From contig JBBCJA010000018.1 in NCBI GenBank assembly GCA_037189585.1, positions 887 to 64,886 of the forward strand: DNA of 64,000 nt. The letters are read 5' to 3'. Source of the stretch: Selenomonadaceae bacterium. Its GTDB lineage: Bacteria; Vulcanimicrobiota; Xenobia; Xenobiales; JADMJV01. Position 1 is the first letter of the stretch. The number at the start of each line of letters is the position of its first letter. Of this stretch, positions 8,657 through 18,273 are shown in pieces. Position numbers and translations under genes: made by a program. The notes under the pieces are model-generated. The model ran no database searches and was not told the origin of the DNA. It worked only from the letters and a program-made list of their open reading frames with translations.

Positions 8657-10264
8657 TTACCCTTCCATCTCTAGTGCGGCTTCCAACAGACGCGTTTCGG
8701 TTTCCGCGTCCAGTCCGTCGTCGATGGTGATAGCCTTGGTCATCAGATAGGCGGCCAGGACCGGGCGCTGTTGGTACAACTGAAAATGAGGTTCGACGAA
8801 CGGGTGAGTGACATTGACCAGCAGCACCTTCCCCTTAGCGAAACCCAACAAGAAACTCTTCCAATTTCTAGGCTTCTCCTGTTGCTCGGCAATAAAAACC
8901 AGCTCATCTTGCTGAACCTGCTCGAGATACAGCTTGTCGGCCAGGCCGCTGGAATGGCGGCCGAAGTCAGCCGGAACGATACCGCGGTAAGGACTTTTCA
9001 GATGGCGCATCAGGCGAGCCGTTTCCGCCAACAGACGCTGTTTATGGTCGGGCAGCTTCGCCAATACCTCGGGAGCGGCCCAAACCTGCTCTACCGGAAG
9101 GGCGGGTTTACCCTCGCCGATTCTAGCGAGCAAGCGCTCCAGTCCCGGCTCCTCCTCAGGGCCTTTCCATAAAAGGACGGGAACACCCAGTTCTTCGGAA
9201 ACTCGTTTGGTCAAAACATTGGAGGCCGAGCCGTAGAGGAACAGTTTGTGCTTTTTGACGGCTTTGCGTAAGGCGCGAATGCTCGCTCGTCCACCATCGA
9301 CGGTGGGCACCAGCGGCATATTCTCGTACTCCGATGGAAGCTTTCGTCCAAAACGAGATCCCAGGTAGCCGAACAACTGATAGTCGTGACTGTTGGCTGC
9401 TTTCTCGAAGAGCTGTTTACGAAAAGGTCCGTTGACGATCTCGGCCAAAAGAGCCATCGCCTTGTCGTAGTTCTTATCGGTCAGGACGTTGTCGCGGGTC
9501 AGGGTATGCTCGAGGTAGCGGCTACTGACTTTAAAGGCGACCCCCGGGAGATACTCCTTTTCCCCTTCACGCAGCGTCAAGCCTCGATTATAGAAACCGA
9601 AGAACGGCTCGGCGGCATCCGATGGCGCCACAACGATCTCGGTCTCACTCCCTTTGTGAACGAACTCGTAAGGATGGCTCAGGCGAAACTCTTGATTGAT
9701 CGACTCGCCATCGACCGTGATCTCTGATTCGACGTGTTTACACCAGTACTGAATCGTCTCGACGGAACGCTTCTTGGCCCTCTCGAACTCGGCTTGACTG
9801 ACCACCTTGACGATCTGGACTTGAGTTCCCTCGACGGGTGTCGACAAAATGATACGATCGAACTTGCGATCCTCGCGGAAGATCAAGCGCCAGTACTCGC
9901 CGTCTTTGCCCGTGTCGACGATAACGGCGTTGGGGTCGAGGGCGAAGACGGAGACGAAACCGATTCCAAACTTACCGACCTTGGTCAAGTCGTTCTCTTT
10001 CGAGGACGAAAACAGTTGAGTCAGCTTGGTATCAATAACACGGCGGGTCATCCCCTCTCCGGTGTCATCGACATGAATGATCATGATCCCCTGCCCGGGA
10101 GTTTCGGAGGGCTTGAACTCGAACCAGATATCAATAGTGGACGAGCCCGCGTCCATGCTATTTTGAATCAGCTCACGCAGACAAGCGTAAGGGTCGGTGA
10201 ACTGATTGACAAGATTTTCAAGGGTGTCGCCGGCTTCGATGGCGACCTGGGTATCCGAGGCCAA
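8657..10264 (-). CDS. HSP90/sacsin-like GHKL ATPase domain protein
   Basis: N-terminal ELIQNSMDAGS (Bergerat N-box; cf. HtpG ELISNASDA) and GKFGIGFVS (G2 box). 535 aa. Confidence 0.65.
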   Translation of the reverse strand: MASDTQVAIEAGDTLENLVNQFTDPYACLRELIQNSMDAGSSTIDIWFEFKPSETPGQGIMIIHVDDTGEGMTRRVIDTKLTQLFSSSKENDLTKVGKFGIGFVSVFALDPNAVIVDTGKDGEYWRLIFREDRKFDRIILSTPVEGTQVQIVKVVSQAEFERAKKRSVETIQYWCKHVESEITVDGESINQEFRLSHPYEFVHKGSETEIVVAPSDAAEPFFGFYNRGLTLREGEKEYLPGVAFKVSSRYLEHTLTRDNVLTDKNYDKAMALLAEIVNGPFRKQLFEKAANSHDYQLFGYLGSRFGRKLPSEYENMPLVPTVDGGRASIRALRKAVKKHKLFLYGSASNVLTKRVSEELGVPVLLWKGPEEEPGLERLLARIGEGKPALPVEQVWAAPEVLAKLPDHKQRLLAETARLMRHLKSPYRGIVPADFGRHSSGLADKLYLEQVQQDELVFIAEQQEKPRNWKSFLLGFAKGKVLLVNVTHPFVEPHFQLYQQRPVLAAYLMTKAITIDDGLDAETETRLLEAALEMEG

Positions 10265-10415
10265 CGCTCTTTCTCACCTTTCTTTGGCTGGCAGCTTTCT
10301 GGATGACTCCCTCGGTTGCCTTCCAAGGACCGAGAGAGTCCAAAGACGGCCTCAGATCCTCGTGAAAAAGAGGGAACGGGCTCGAGTGCAGACGACTCAT
10401 GGGCACAGAGCCAAA

Positions 10416-10452
10416 TAAAAAAGCCAGCTCTGGGGCTAGCTTTTTTATTTCT
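10416..10452. terminator. Bidirectional hairpin terminator
   Basis: AAAAAAGCCAGCTCTGGGGCTAGCTTTTTT. Confidence 0.5.
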
Positions 10453-10469
10453 ACTGAAAGGAGCTGGAC

Positions 10470-10865
10470 TTACCGGTTATGATAAACCAAGCGGTAAGTG
10501 CCCGGCGGCTCGATCTTGACGAAGAGCCCTGGACGCAGGGAGGTGACAGGAATTCGGTTAGTGTAGCCTAAGTCAGCGACGCGAATACCGCCGGCGTTAC
10601 GCTGTTCAAGCATCGCCAACTGGCCTTCCAGCGACAGCGTCACGCGGTCTTTGAGCCAGGGGCTCTTGAGGCCTTCGATGACGTTGGGCTTGGCCGTGTC
10701 CTGGACCGGCATCGCCGGCGTGATGCCGACACTTTGGGTCAGTGCCTTACGCTGCGCGGCCAAGGCCTGATGGGGGTCGTAACCGCTCAGACTGGATCCG
10801 GAATAGGGATCACGGCTCTTCTTTGCTCGGATCTCCTCAATTTTGTCGCGATAATTATCGGCCAC
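10470..10865 (-). CDS. Hypothetical protein
   Basis: ORF downstream of the PQQ dehydrogenase gene, same strand. Confidence 0.4.
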   Translation of the reverse strand: MADNYRDKIEEIRAKKSRDPYSGSSLSGYDPHQALAAQRKALTQSVGITPAMPVQDTAKPNVIEGLKSPWLKDRVTLSLEGQLAMLEQRNAGGIRVADLGYTNRIPVTSLRPGLFVKIEPPGTYRLVYHNR

Positions 10866-10903
10866 GCGGAACTCCTCGATAAACTTTGGGACGCCTCATC
10901 TTA

Positions 10904-12100
10904 TCACGAACCCGGGTCCTTTGTCACGGCCCAAATGCGCCCTTTTCCGTCGTCGGAAACAAGGATCGTGCCATCGGCAAGCTCGCACACGTCGACCGGT
11001 CGACCATGCACCGGGTGATTTCCGTTCTCTTCACCCAAAAATCCCCAGAGGAAGGGCTTCACAGGATAGGAGGGATCTTTGAGATCGACCGTGACAACCT
11101 GATAACCGACGGGCGAGCTTCTATTCCATGATCCGTGTTGAGCCACCAACAGTTTCCCCTCGAGAATCCCCTGCCAAAGAGGATTTCTGGGGAAATGACA
11201 GCCGAGAGGCGCGACGTGAGCCTGAAACTTGACTAAGGGAAGCCGATAATCTCTCTTGGGAGCCTTCGAGCCGTACTCGGGGTCGGGTTGATTGTCGCCC
11301 CAGAAATAAGGAAATCCGAAATGTGTTCCCGTCTCTTTTTTGGCTAGCCGATTGAGTTCGCAAGGGGGAATGTCGTCGCCCATCATATCCCGTCCGTTGT
11401 CGGTGAAGTAGAGGTCCCCGCTGGTGGGATGCCAGTCGTAACCGACGGAGTTACGAACTCCGTGAGCCTCCACGCGGAAATCCGTTCCGTCGGGCAAAAA
11501 GCTACACACGCTGGCGAAACGCTCGTCGTCGGTCCGTTCGCAGACGTTGCAGGGCGCCCCGATGGAGATGTAGAGCCGTCCGTCGGGACCCGCCTTAAGA
11601 TAACGCCAGCCATGATGCTTTTCCGGAGGGAGATTCTCCAGCACGACCTCTCCTTGAATCCCCTTGGCGAAACCCTTGGACTTGCTATACCTGACCACTC
11701 GGAGAAGCTCCGCCACGTAGAGATCGTCTCCCAGGAAAGCTACCCCGTTGGAGCCGTTGAGTCCGTCCTGAAAGACCTCGACCTTGCTCGCCTTTTGGCC
11801 CTCGATCGTCACCTTGTGGACCTGTCCCTCGCGGGTTCCGACGAAGAGTAATTTTCCGTCGGGAGACATTGCCAGAGAGCGGGCGTTCGGGACATCGGCC
11901 CATTTCGAAACCCTGAAGCCCTCGGCCACAAAGGGGACGAAACCGTCGGAGGAAGGCGAAGCCGGGGAAGCGGCGGTCTGACTTCCAGACGATCCCGCAG
12001 GCGCCGAGCCGGCCCTATCGGGACAAGCGGTGAGCGCAAGAGTCAGGGACAGAAGCATCACCGAGGTCAATTGACGGCGCTTAGGCGCGAAAACAGCCAT
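10904..12100 (-). CDS. PQQ-dependent sugar (glucose/sorbosone) dehydrogenase family lipoprotein (YliI-like beta-propeller)
   Basis: Lipobox LTLALTAC. Start at MAVFAP (GGAGG RBS). Typical soluble aldose dehydrogenase composition. Confidence 0.65.
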   Translation of the reverse strand: MAVFAPKRRQLTSVMLLSLTLALTACPDRAGSAPAGSSGSQTAASPASPSSDGFVPFVAEGFRVSKWADVPNARSLAMSPDGKLLFVGTREGQVHKVTIEGQKASKVEVFQDGLNGSNGVAFLGDDLYVAELLRVVRYSKSKGFAKGIQGEVVLENLPPEKHHGWRYLKAGPDGRLYISIGAPCNVCERTDDERFASVCSFLPDGTDFRVEAHGVRNSVGYDWHPTSGDLYFTDNGRDMMGDDIPPCELNRLAKKETGTHFGFPYFWGDNQPDPEYGSKAPKRDYRLPLVKFQAHVAPLGCHFPRNPLWQGILEGKLLVAQHGSWNRSSPVGYQVVTVDLKDPSYPVKPFLWGFLGEENGNHPVHGRPVDVCELADGTILVSDDGKGRIWAVTKDPGS

Positions 12101-12143
12101 ACCCACACTCTTAGCCGCCTCCGACGATAGGACCTTCGCTGCG

Positions 12144-13337
12144 GTGGTGAAAGCCCCCGTCATGGCAGTAGCGTCACGGTTTGGATGGATACCGTTCTTT
12201 CTGGCTCCGATAGCCATTCTGGCTCGAGGCTACCGGGAGGCCCGAAATAGCATGAGCCTCTCTCTTTTCGAGCCGTTCCCTCGGGGCCGGCTGCCCGGGT
12301 TGTCGATCGTGGTGGCCGCCCGCGACGAAGCCGAGGGGATCCAGGACGCGCTCTCCTCTCTGTTGGCCCAAGACTATCCTCAACTGGAGATCATCTTCGT
12401 CGACGACCGGTCTAGCGACGGCACTTCGGAGATCGCTGACCGACTCCAAAAAGAGCATCCTCAGGGGGACCGGTTGACGGTCGTCCACAACCGAGAGCTC
12501 CCCGATGGCTGGCTGGGCAAAGTGCACGCCCTTCACTTGGGAGTCAAGGCCAGTCGGAATCCCCTCGTTCTCTTGACCGACGCGGATGTAAACTACGCCC
12601 CCCTAGCTCTGCGACGAGCGGTCACGGCGCAACAGGTCCTGGGAGCCGACCATTTGCCGGTAGCGCCCCGTTTTCAGGTGAGCGGCTTCTGGGAGCCCAT
12701 TCTGGTGTCGTACTTCTTCGTGCTTTTCACGGCGCGTTTTCAGCCCTCGACGGTGCATCGCAGAAAAGATCGATTCGTGGGGGTCGGAGCCTTCAATCTG
12801 CTGACCCGGAAATGCTTGGAGCGACTGGAGTTCTTAGAGCCTTTGAAGCTGCAGGTGGTCGACGACCTGCACCTGGGCCGAATGGTCAAGGCCCGGGGAC
12901 TTCGGCAGTTCGCTTTGCTTGGCCAGGACGAGATCTCCGTCCAGTGGTTCACGGGTCTTGCCGGTGTGGTTAAAGGCCTCGAGAAGAACGCTTATGCCGG
13001 ATTAAACTACAGCCTGCTCACGGCGCTTGCCGCAGCCATGGTCTCCACGGCCCCTTTCTGGACCATCCCTCTCTTGGCCTACAAATTCGGATGGGGCCAC
13101 GCCCTGGCCTGGTATCTTTTCCAGATCGGTGTGGGATTTCTGGCCGCTCTGGGGACCGGCGTCGGGACCTGGACCGGGGCGGCCTTTCCCCTGGCCGGTC
13201 TGGTCCTGGGCTACACCATGCTTCGTTCGGCCTTCCTGGCCGAACGACGCCGTGCTATCATCTGGCGTGGCACAAGCTATCCGTTGACCCAGCTCCGCCA
13301 AGCCCATCACGATTTCGTGGAGCGAGAGAAGCTTTAG
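12144..13337 (+). CDS. Family 2 glycosyltransferase with N- and C-terminal TM segments
   Basis: SIVVAARDEAEGI...DYP..EIIFVDDRSSDGT...TDADV motifs (GT-A DxD). Confidence 0.7.
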   Translation: MVKAPVMAVASRFGWIPFFLAPIAILARGYREARNSMSLSLFEPFPRGRLPGLSIVVAARDEAEGIQDALSSLLAQDYPQLEIIFVDDRSSDGTSEIADRLQKEHPQGDRLTVVHNRELPDGWLGKVHALHLGVKASRNPLVLLTDADVNYAPLALRRAVTAQQVLGADHLPVAPRFQVSGFWEPILVSYFFVLFTARFQPSTVHRRKDRFVGVGAFNLLTRKCLERLEFLEPLKLQVVDDLHLGRMVKARGLRQFALLGQDEISVQWFTGLAGVVKGLEKNAYAGLNYSLLTALAAAMVSTAPFWTIPLLAYKFGWGHALAWYLFQIGVGFLAALGTGVGTWTGAAFPLAGLVLGYTMLRSAFLAERRRAIIWRGTSYPLTQLRQAHHDFVEREKL

Positions 13338-14455
13338 CTTTTCGACTTAGCCTCGGCGCGTCTTAGTTCCCAGGGCAAGAGCGCGTGACTGGGGGACAAG
13401 CCCATCGCCTTACGGTAGTCGGCCAGCGCCGACTTGAGATTGTCGGACTGCCCTTCCCTATCGTACATCCGCTCCAGCGTATTGCCCCGAAAGCGAAGAA
13501 GCTCCACGTCGTCGGGATGCCGGGTTAGAGCCTGGTCGAGAATCGTCTTAGCCTTGATCAGGTCACCCGAACGGTAGAGGGCGGCTCCATACTCTCGAGC
13601 CACTTCCGCGTTGTTCGAGTCGTAGACGGAACTGTAGCCCGCCACCGCGTCGTCCACTCGTCCGTCAGCTAAGGCCAGACGAGCCTTGGCCAGAGGGTCC
13701 TCGACCGAAACCGGAGGCTGAGTGACGGCAGGCGTCTGTCCTGTGGCGGGGTCCGAAGTCAAGGGCGGCGCCGTGGTGTTGGAGCTATTAGGAAGCGGGG
13801 CAATGTTGGTCCAATCTCCATTATTAAGCTGGGCGAGCCGCTGCAACTCTACCTGGGCCGGCTGACTACCGACTGCGGCCGCTTTGGTGAATTCATCCTT
13901 GGCTAGCGCCGTCTCTCCCCGAAACAGGCTGATGACCCCTGCCTTATACCAGGTCTCGGCCGGCTGATACTTCCGCTGGGCCAGTTCCAGATAGTCATTG
14001 TAGGCTCCGAACAGGTCCTTTTCCAATTCCTTGAGACGACCGCGCAGAAACTGGGCCCTCAAAGCTGTCTCGGTATCGCGGCTGGTGATGATGATGTTGT
14101 CCACGATCTGCCGCGTCATCACCGTGTTCTGAGCTTTAAAGAACAACTCGGCCAGATCGATACGGTAGTTAGCGGGACGCCGGGCCACCTCGGCTGCGAA
14201 GTCGCCCATCATGGCGAAGCGGAAAGCGTCGTCCACGTGGTTGTACTCGATACCCCAGCGGACCCGCTTGTCCACGTTGGTAAAAAACTCGTCGTTGAGC
14301 AGGCGGCGGTTAGTCTCCAGATGCCGTCGCCATTCGGTGGGAGGAACGGCGAACATTTCGTTCAGCATCTCCCCCGAAGTCGAGGCGGCCCATGCCGTCG
14401 TCCACAAAGTCATGCCCAACAGCGCCGCGGCGCTCCAACGTTTCCAACCTTTCAT
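13334..14455 (-). CDS. Secreted TPR-repeat protein
   Basis: Signal peptide (AAALLGMTLWTTAWA). TPR-like repeats at C-terminus. Confidence 0.55.
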   Translation of the reverse strand: MKGWKRWSAAALLGMTLWTTAWAASTSGEMLNEMFAVPPTEWRRHLETNRRLLNDEFFTNVDKRVRWGIEYNHVDDAFRFAMMGDFAAEVARRPANYRIDLAELFFKAQNTVMTRQIVDNIIITSRDTETALRAQFLRGRLKELEKDLFGAYNDYLELAQRKYQPAETWYKAGVISLFRGETALAKDEFTKAAAVGSQPAQVELQRLAQLNNGDWTNIAPLPNSSNTTAPPLTSDPATGQTPAVTQPPVSVEDPLAKARLALADGRVDDAVAGYSSVYDSNNAEVAREYGAALYRSGDLIKAKTILDQALTRHPDDVELLRFRGNTLERMYDREGQSDNLKSALADYRKAMGLSPSHALLPWELRRAEAKSKS

Positions 14456-14532
14456 GGTCCAACCTCCGTGGCGGGGCCTCTTCTCAAAGAGACTCGCTCG
14501 CCCTTCTTTAACCCAAAGTGTGCCGTCAAACC

Positions 14533-15507
14533 CTAATCGGCCGCGGAGGTTTCGGCTCCCAAGACCGTATTTAACACGTCGAGAGCGAAACGGTCCGCGG
14601 TGAACCAGTCATGATGCCCGTCCTCCACCACCGGGGGGCAGCCGTTGTTCACTCCCCGTTCGGCCAGAGCCTGAACCAGTTGCTGGTTACGGTAGTAGTT
14701 GGAGTCCCCCGGCTCAGCCCATTCGGGCCCGCTGGCTAAAAAAAACCTTGTCCGGTGAAGTTGACCCACAGGCAGATTCTGAGCCAACCAGACGGGCGAA
14801 TGAGCCTTAATTCTAGCCGGGTCGGCCGGTCGACCGAAGATCGGGTCGAAGAGAGGATGGCGCAAAATCGAGTCGTTGGGGCGAATCGGATGGTAGGGGA
14901 AAGAGCCGTCATAAGAGGCCACCACGGAAAAGAGGCCCGGGTTTCGTAGCGCCAGTTGGCACGCGTTAAACCCCCCAAGGGAGAACCCGATAGCGATTCG
15001 ACGAGGATTCAGTAGACCTAAAGATTCCTCAATCTTAGGAAGAAACTCCCAGCGGTAGCTAGTCTCGAAAGCTCCGATCCCGCCTCCTAGAAAGAGTCCC
15101 TTGTTCGCCAGCGAAGGCTCTTTCCAATCGACGGCAAGGGTCAATCCCTGTCGATCATCGCCTCCAAAATCGGGAAAAAGCAGCAAACAGGGAGGCAAAA
15201 GACCGGCCGCGACCCTCTCTTCCAACAGATCGACGAAAGATAGAGGTCGCTCGAGGATATGTTTTGTCCGCGAGCCGTCCTCTTCGGGGTGAAACCATTC
15301 ACTAAAGTGCCCCCGGAACAGCGATATCACCACCGGGCTGAGACGGGGCAGAGCCGGTCCACACGTCTGGTAGAGTCCCACAAACCGCCGTAGACCAAGA
15401 GCAGGCGAGAAAAAAGAGACACGCAAAATCTCGCCACGCGGTATGGAGGACAGATCCGCCATCCGCAGCACCTTCGTCCCCCGAACCAGCGCCTTCCACC
15501 CGGACAC
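14533..15507 (-). CDS. Esterase family protein (PF00756-like)
   Basis: GFSLGG nucleophile elbow. Paralogous in type to 6857..7735. Confidence 0.6.
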   Translation of the reverse strand: MSGWKALVRGTKVLRMADLSSIPRGEILRVSFFSPALGLRRFVGLYQTCGPALPRLSPVVISLFRGHFSEWFHPEEDGSRTKHILERPLSFVDLLEERVAAGLLPPCLLLFPDFGGDDRQGLTLAVDWKEPSLANKGLFLGGGIGAFETSYRWEFLPKIEESLGLLNPRRIAIGFSLGGFNACQLALRNPGLFSVVASYDGSFPYHPIRPNDSILRHPLFDPIFGRPADPARIKAHSPVWLAQNLPVGQLHRTRFFLASGPEWAEPGDSNYYRNQQLVQALAERGVNNGCPPVVEDGHHDWFTADRFALDVLNTVLGAETSAAD

Positions 15508-15740
15508 AAAGAGGCGGTTTGTGGCCGAGCTCTTTAAACCCTACTTCGAGGATTCGGTCGAGAACTTTCGTATAAGAGTACTCTGGGCAAAGCGAAGAAA
15601 AAAAACTCTTCAGAATTGACGGCGATCACCGTCGAGCTTGCTGCTATTGAAGCCGATCTTCGCACCTCCACTGTCAGCTTTTGTCGCGCGCGACTGCGTC
15701 AAGTCTTGGAACGACTCCGCCAACTCAGCGAGGCCTCTAA

Positions 15741-16088
15741 ATGAAACGTTGGTTCGCCATTGCCCTGGCCTTAACGCTGCTCTCTTGTGCCAAGGGACAT
15801 CCCATGGCTGGACAATGGAAAGGGGTCGACGCCGAGGGTCAAGAGGTCGTGCTCTTTCTCTCGCGTGACGGCAAATTTGAAGCTGTGGCTAAAGGGGAAA
15901 GACTGAAAGGCACCTGGGCTGTCGACGATAAAGTGGAACCGAACCGTATCGATCTCGACTTCGAGGGGAAAAAAATCAGTTCCATCGCGAAAGTCCAGGA
16001 AGACAATCTGATGATCGAGCCGGTCGGCCCCGACGGTAAGCTACCCACCGTCTTCAGCAACAAGGCCACCTACTACAAGAGGCAGTAA
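15741..16088 (+). CDS. Small lipoprotein, hypothetical
   Basis: Lipobox ALTLLSCAK. Confidence 0.5.
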   Translation: MKRWFAIALALTLLSCAKGHPMAGQWKGVDAEGQEVVLFLSRDGKFEAVAKGERLKGTWAVDDKVEPNRIDLDFEGKKISSIAKVQEDNLMIEPVGPDGKLPTVFSNKATYYKRQ

Positions 16089-17002
16089 TGAAAAAGACCA
16101 CATCTCTGTTTTTGATACTTTGTCTCGCCGGCACCGCGGCCCTGGCCACGCCGAACTGGAATAAGCTCCGAGTCGACGCCGAACCAGGTGTGGGAGTTGC
16201 CGGACTCAAGCTCAACGAAGCGATTCCCAAAGAGTGGCCGGCGGAGCTAGGAGCTCCCGACCTGTCCTACCGCTACCATGACACAGGCGAGGGATTCCGA
16301 CGTTACTACTGGGGTAAAACCGAGGCTGGTCAGCTAAGTAAAGGGATAGAGGTTCGCACCATCGGGAGAACCTTGGAATCGAGCACCGTGGTGGACATTC
16401 TGGTTCGTGGGATTCGCGCCACTGTTTCAGAAGAAGAGCTCTTTCTCGGTCTACCGGTCGAGCGCCTGGGAAAACGCTCCAAAAGCGTCCAGCGTGATGG
16501 AATGACCACCTATATTCTGCCTGGCCTCATTTTAGAAGCCCAGGACGGAAAACTGTCGGCCCTTCGGGTCAGTTCCCCCGCGGGGACGCGATGGCGATTC
16601 ACCAAGTGGACAGTCCGACCCGGTCAGGAAGTTGGCCCGATCAAACTGGACCGACCGCTGGACGAGACCCTTTTCGCCGACATCGGAGAGCCCCACAAAA
16701 AAAGCAAGACGGAGATGGTCTGGTCCTCCCCCGACGGGACCCAACGCTTGGAGATAGAACTCGACGAACGCTCCTCTGTGGTCAAAAGGATTCGTGGAAT
16801 CGGTCTACCCTGGCGTACCGAGGGCGGTGTCTCGTTGGGAGACTCCACGGCGACCTACCAAGCCAAACATCCTCAGGCGAAAGCCGATATGGGGCGCGAA
16901 TACGGAGACACGGTGGCCAAGCTACCAGGTCTTCGCGCCAACTTTGTCAATGGACGGCTGCGTAGCTTCGATCTCTATCCGATCCCCCAAACAGGGATCT
17001 AG
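16088..17002 (+). CDS. Secreted hypothetical protein
   Basis: Signal peptide MKKTTSLFLILCLAGTAALA. ATGA coupling to the upstream gene. Confidence 0.5.
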   Translation: MKKTTSLFLILCLAGTAALATPNWNKLRVDAEPGVGVAGLKLNEAIPKEWPAELGAPDLSYRYHDTGEGFRRYYWGKTEAGQLSKGIEVRTIGRTLESSTVVDILVRGIRATVSEEELFLGLPVERLGKRSKSVQRDGMTTYILPGLILEAQDGKLSALRVSSPAGTRWRFTKWTVRPGQEVGPIKLDRPLDETLFADIGEPHKKSKTEMVWSSPDGTQRLEIELDERSSVVKRIRGIGLPWRTEGGVSLGDSTATYQAKHPQAKADMGREYGDTVAKLPGLRANFVNGRLRSFDLYPIPQTGI

Positions 17003-18255
17003 GGTGTGTTTTTGAGCCGTGAGGTGATGTAGCCCGCCGCGGGCATCCGACTCAAGTTTTCCAGGACGGTCTGGCGCAACTCGGTCCCGACGTCACGGAT
17101 CTCTTCCAAGACGCGGGCGAACCGGTCATCTCTTAAGATCTTGAGAGTACTCAGGTCTTTCCCCAGGTCGCGCGCATCGATCAGCGCGACCAGTCCGGGA
17201 CAGTTGAGAGACTGATCGACGGAGTCGATAACGACTCCGTCCTCCACGAAGTAGATCCTGGCTTTAGGGTCTAGCTGCATTCGTATGGCGTAAGCTCGTT
17301 CGAGTCCGGTTCCCGGAGCAAGCTCGCCTCGATTGGAAACAGTGGCGTGATTCTCCACGGAAACGCGAAAGCCGGACGTCGAGCGAGCCGGAATCAGCCG
17401 CTCCACCAGGTGGTGCTTCGGCACCGCGGCGCTTGCGACCAGGTCCTCCTGGCTGAACATGCTAGTGAAAAGCGAAACCTTACTTTTTCCGGGGTCGGGG
17501 TCTCCACTGATATCGTAACCGGGATACCGGGGCTGGCCGAATCTGCGGTCGCTCACAGACTTACCGTCGAGACAGACATCGCAAGTGGAAAACTGGCAAA
17601 AGTCGTGCACCACCAGGTTCTCACGATCATACGATCCGGGTCGGCGGAAAAAGAGGTCAAAGATGTCGGTATTGAGAGCGAACCAGCCGGAGGACAATCG
17701 CTCTTCCACGCTACGGTTGAGGACCAACTGAAACGCGGTGCCTTGAATTTCCGTCGAGCGCCGTCCCCGATCCCGCCAACCACCCGCGGCCAGGTCGTAG
17801 TCGCGTCTTTCCCCATCCTGAACCAGCGCGATCTGGATCTGACGCGGCCTGGTCTTCAGGCTGCCCTGCAGTCCGGCGGCCAGGTGACGAAGACAAGGAT
17901 CGGAATGATTAGCATCCACCAACAGGTGGCCGAGAAGGTCGTCGATACTGGTAAATCCCGCCGGAACGGTATCGGAGTTGACCGCCACGCTGTGGACCCC
18001 AGCTTTGATGTCAACCCGGCCGGCCCCCGACAGGTGTAGCGCCTGAACGACTTTGAGAATCCAGTGATAGCTGGAGGGGAGCTGAAACTCCGCCAGTTTC
18101 TCGATGGCCTTCTTAGGGTCCAGGGTGAAAGCTCCGGTCGAGTCGACCTCGCCCGCCTCCCGATAACGGCCCAGCAGATCTTCCATGCCCAAAATGGCGT
18201 CACTCACCAGGGGTTCTTTGCCTCCAAACGGCCATCCCCTCCACGCATCTGGCAT
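16999..18255 (-). CDS. Hypothetical protein, divergent from the FHA-cyclase gene
   Basis: AAGGAG RBS before ATG at 18255. Confidence 0.45.
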   Translation of the reverse strand: MPDAWRGWPFGGKEPLVSDAILGMEDLLGRYREAGEVDSTGAFTLDPKKAIEKLAEFQLPSSYHWILKVVQALHLSGAGRVDIKAGVHSVAVNSDTVPAGFTSIDDLLGHLLVDANHSDPCLRHLAAGLQGSLKTRPRQIQIALVQDGERRDYDLAAGGWRDRGRRSTEIQGTAFQLVLNRSVEERLSSGWFALNTDIFDLFFRRPGSYDRENLVVHDFCQFSTCDVCLDGKSVSDRRFGQPRYPGYDISGDPDPGKSKVSLFTSMFSQEDLVASAAVPKHHLVERLIPARSTSGFRVSVENHATVSNRGELAPGTGLERAYAIRMQLDPKARIYFVEDGVVIDSVDQSLNCPGLVALIDARDLGKDLSTLKILRDDRFARVLEEIRDVGTELRQTVLENLSRMPAAGYITSRLKNTP

Positions 18256-18273
18256 TGAGAGGTCTCCTTACTC

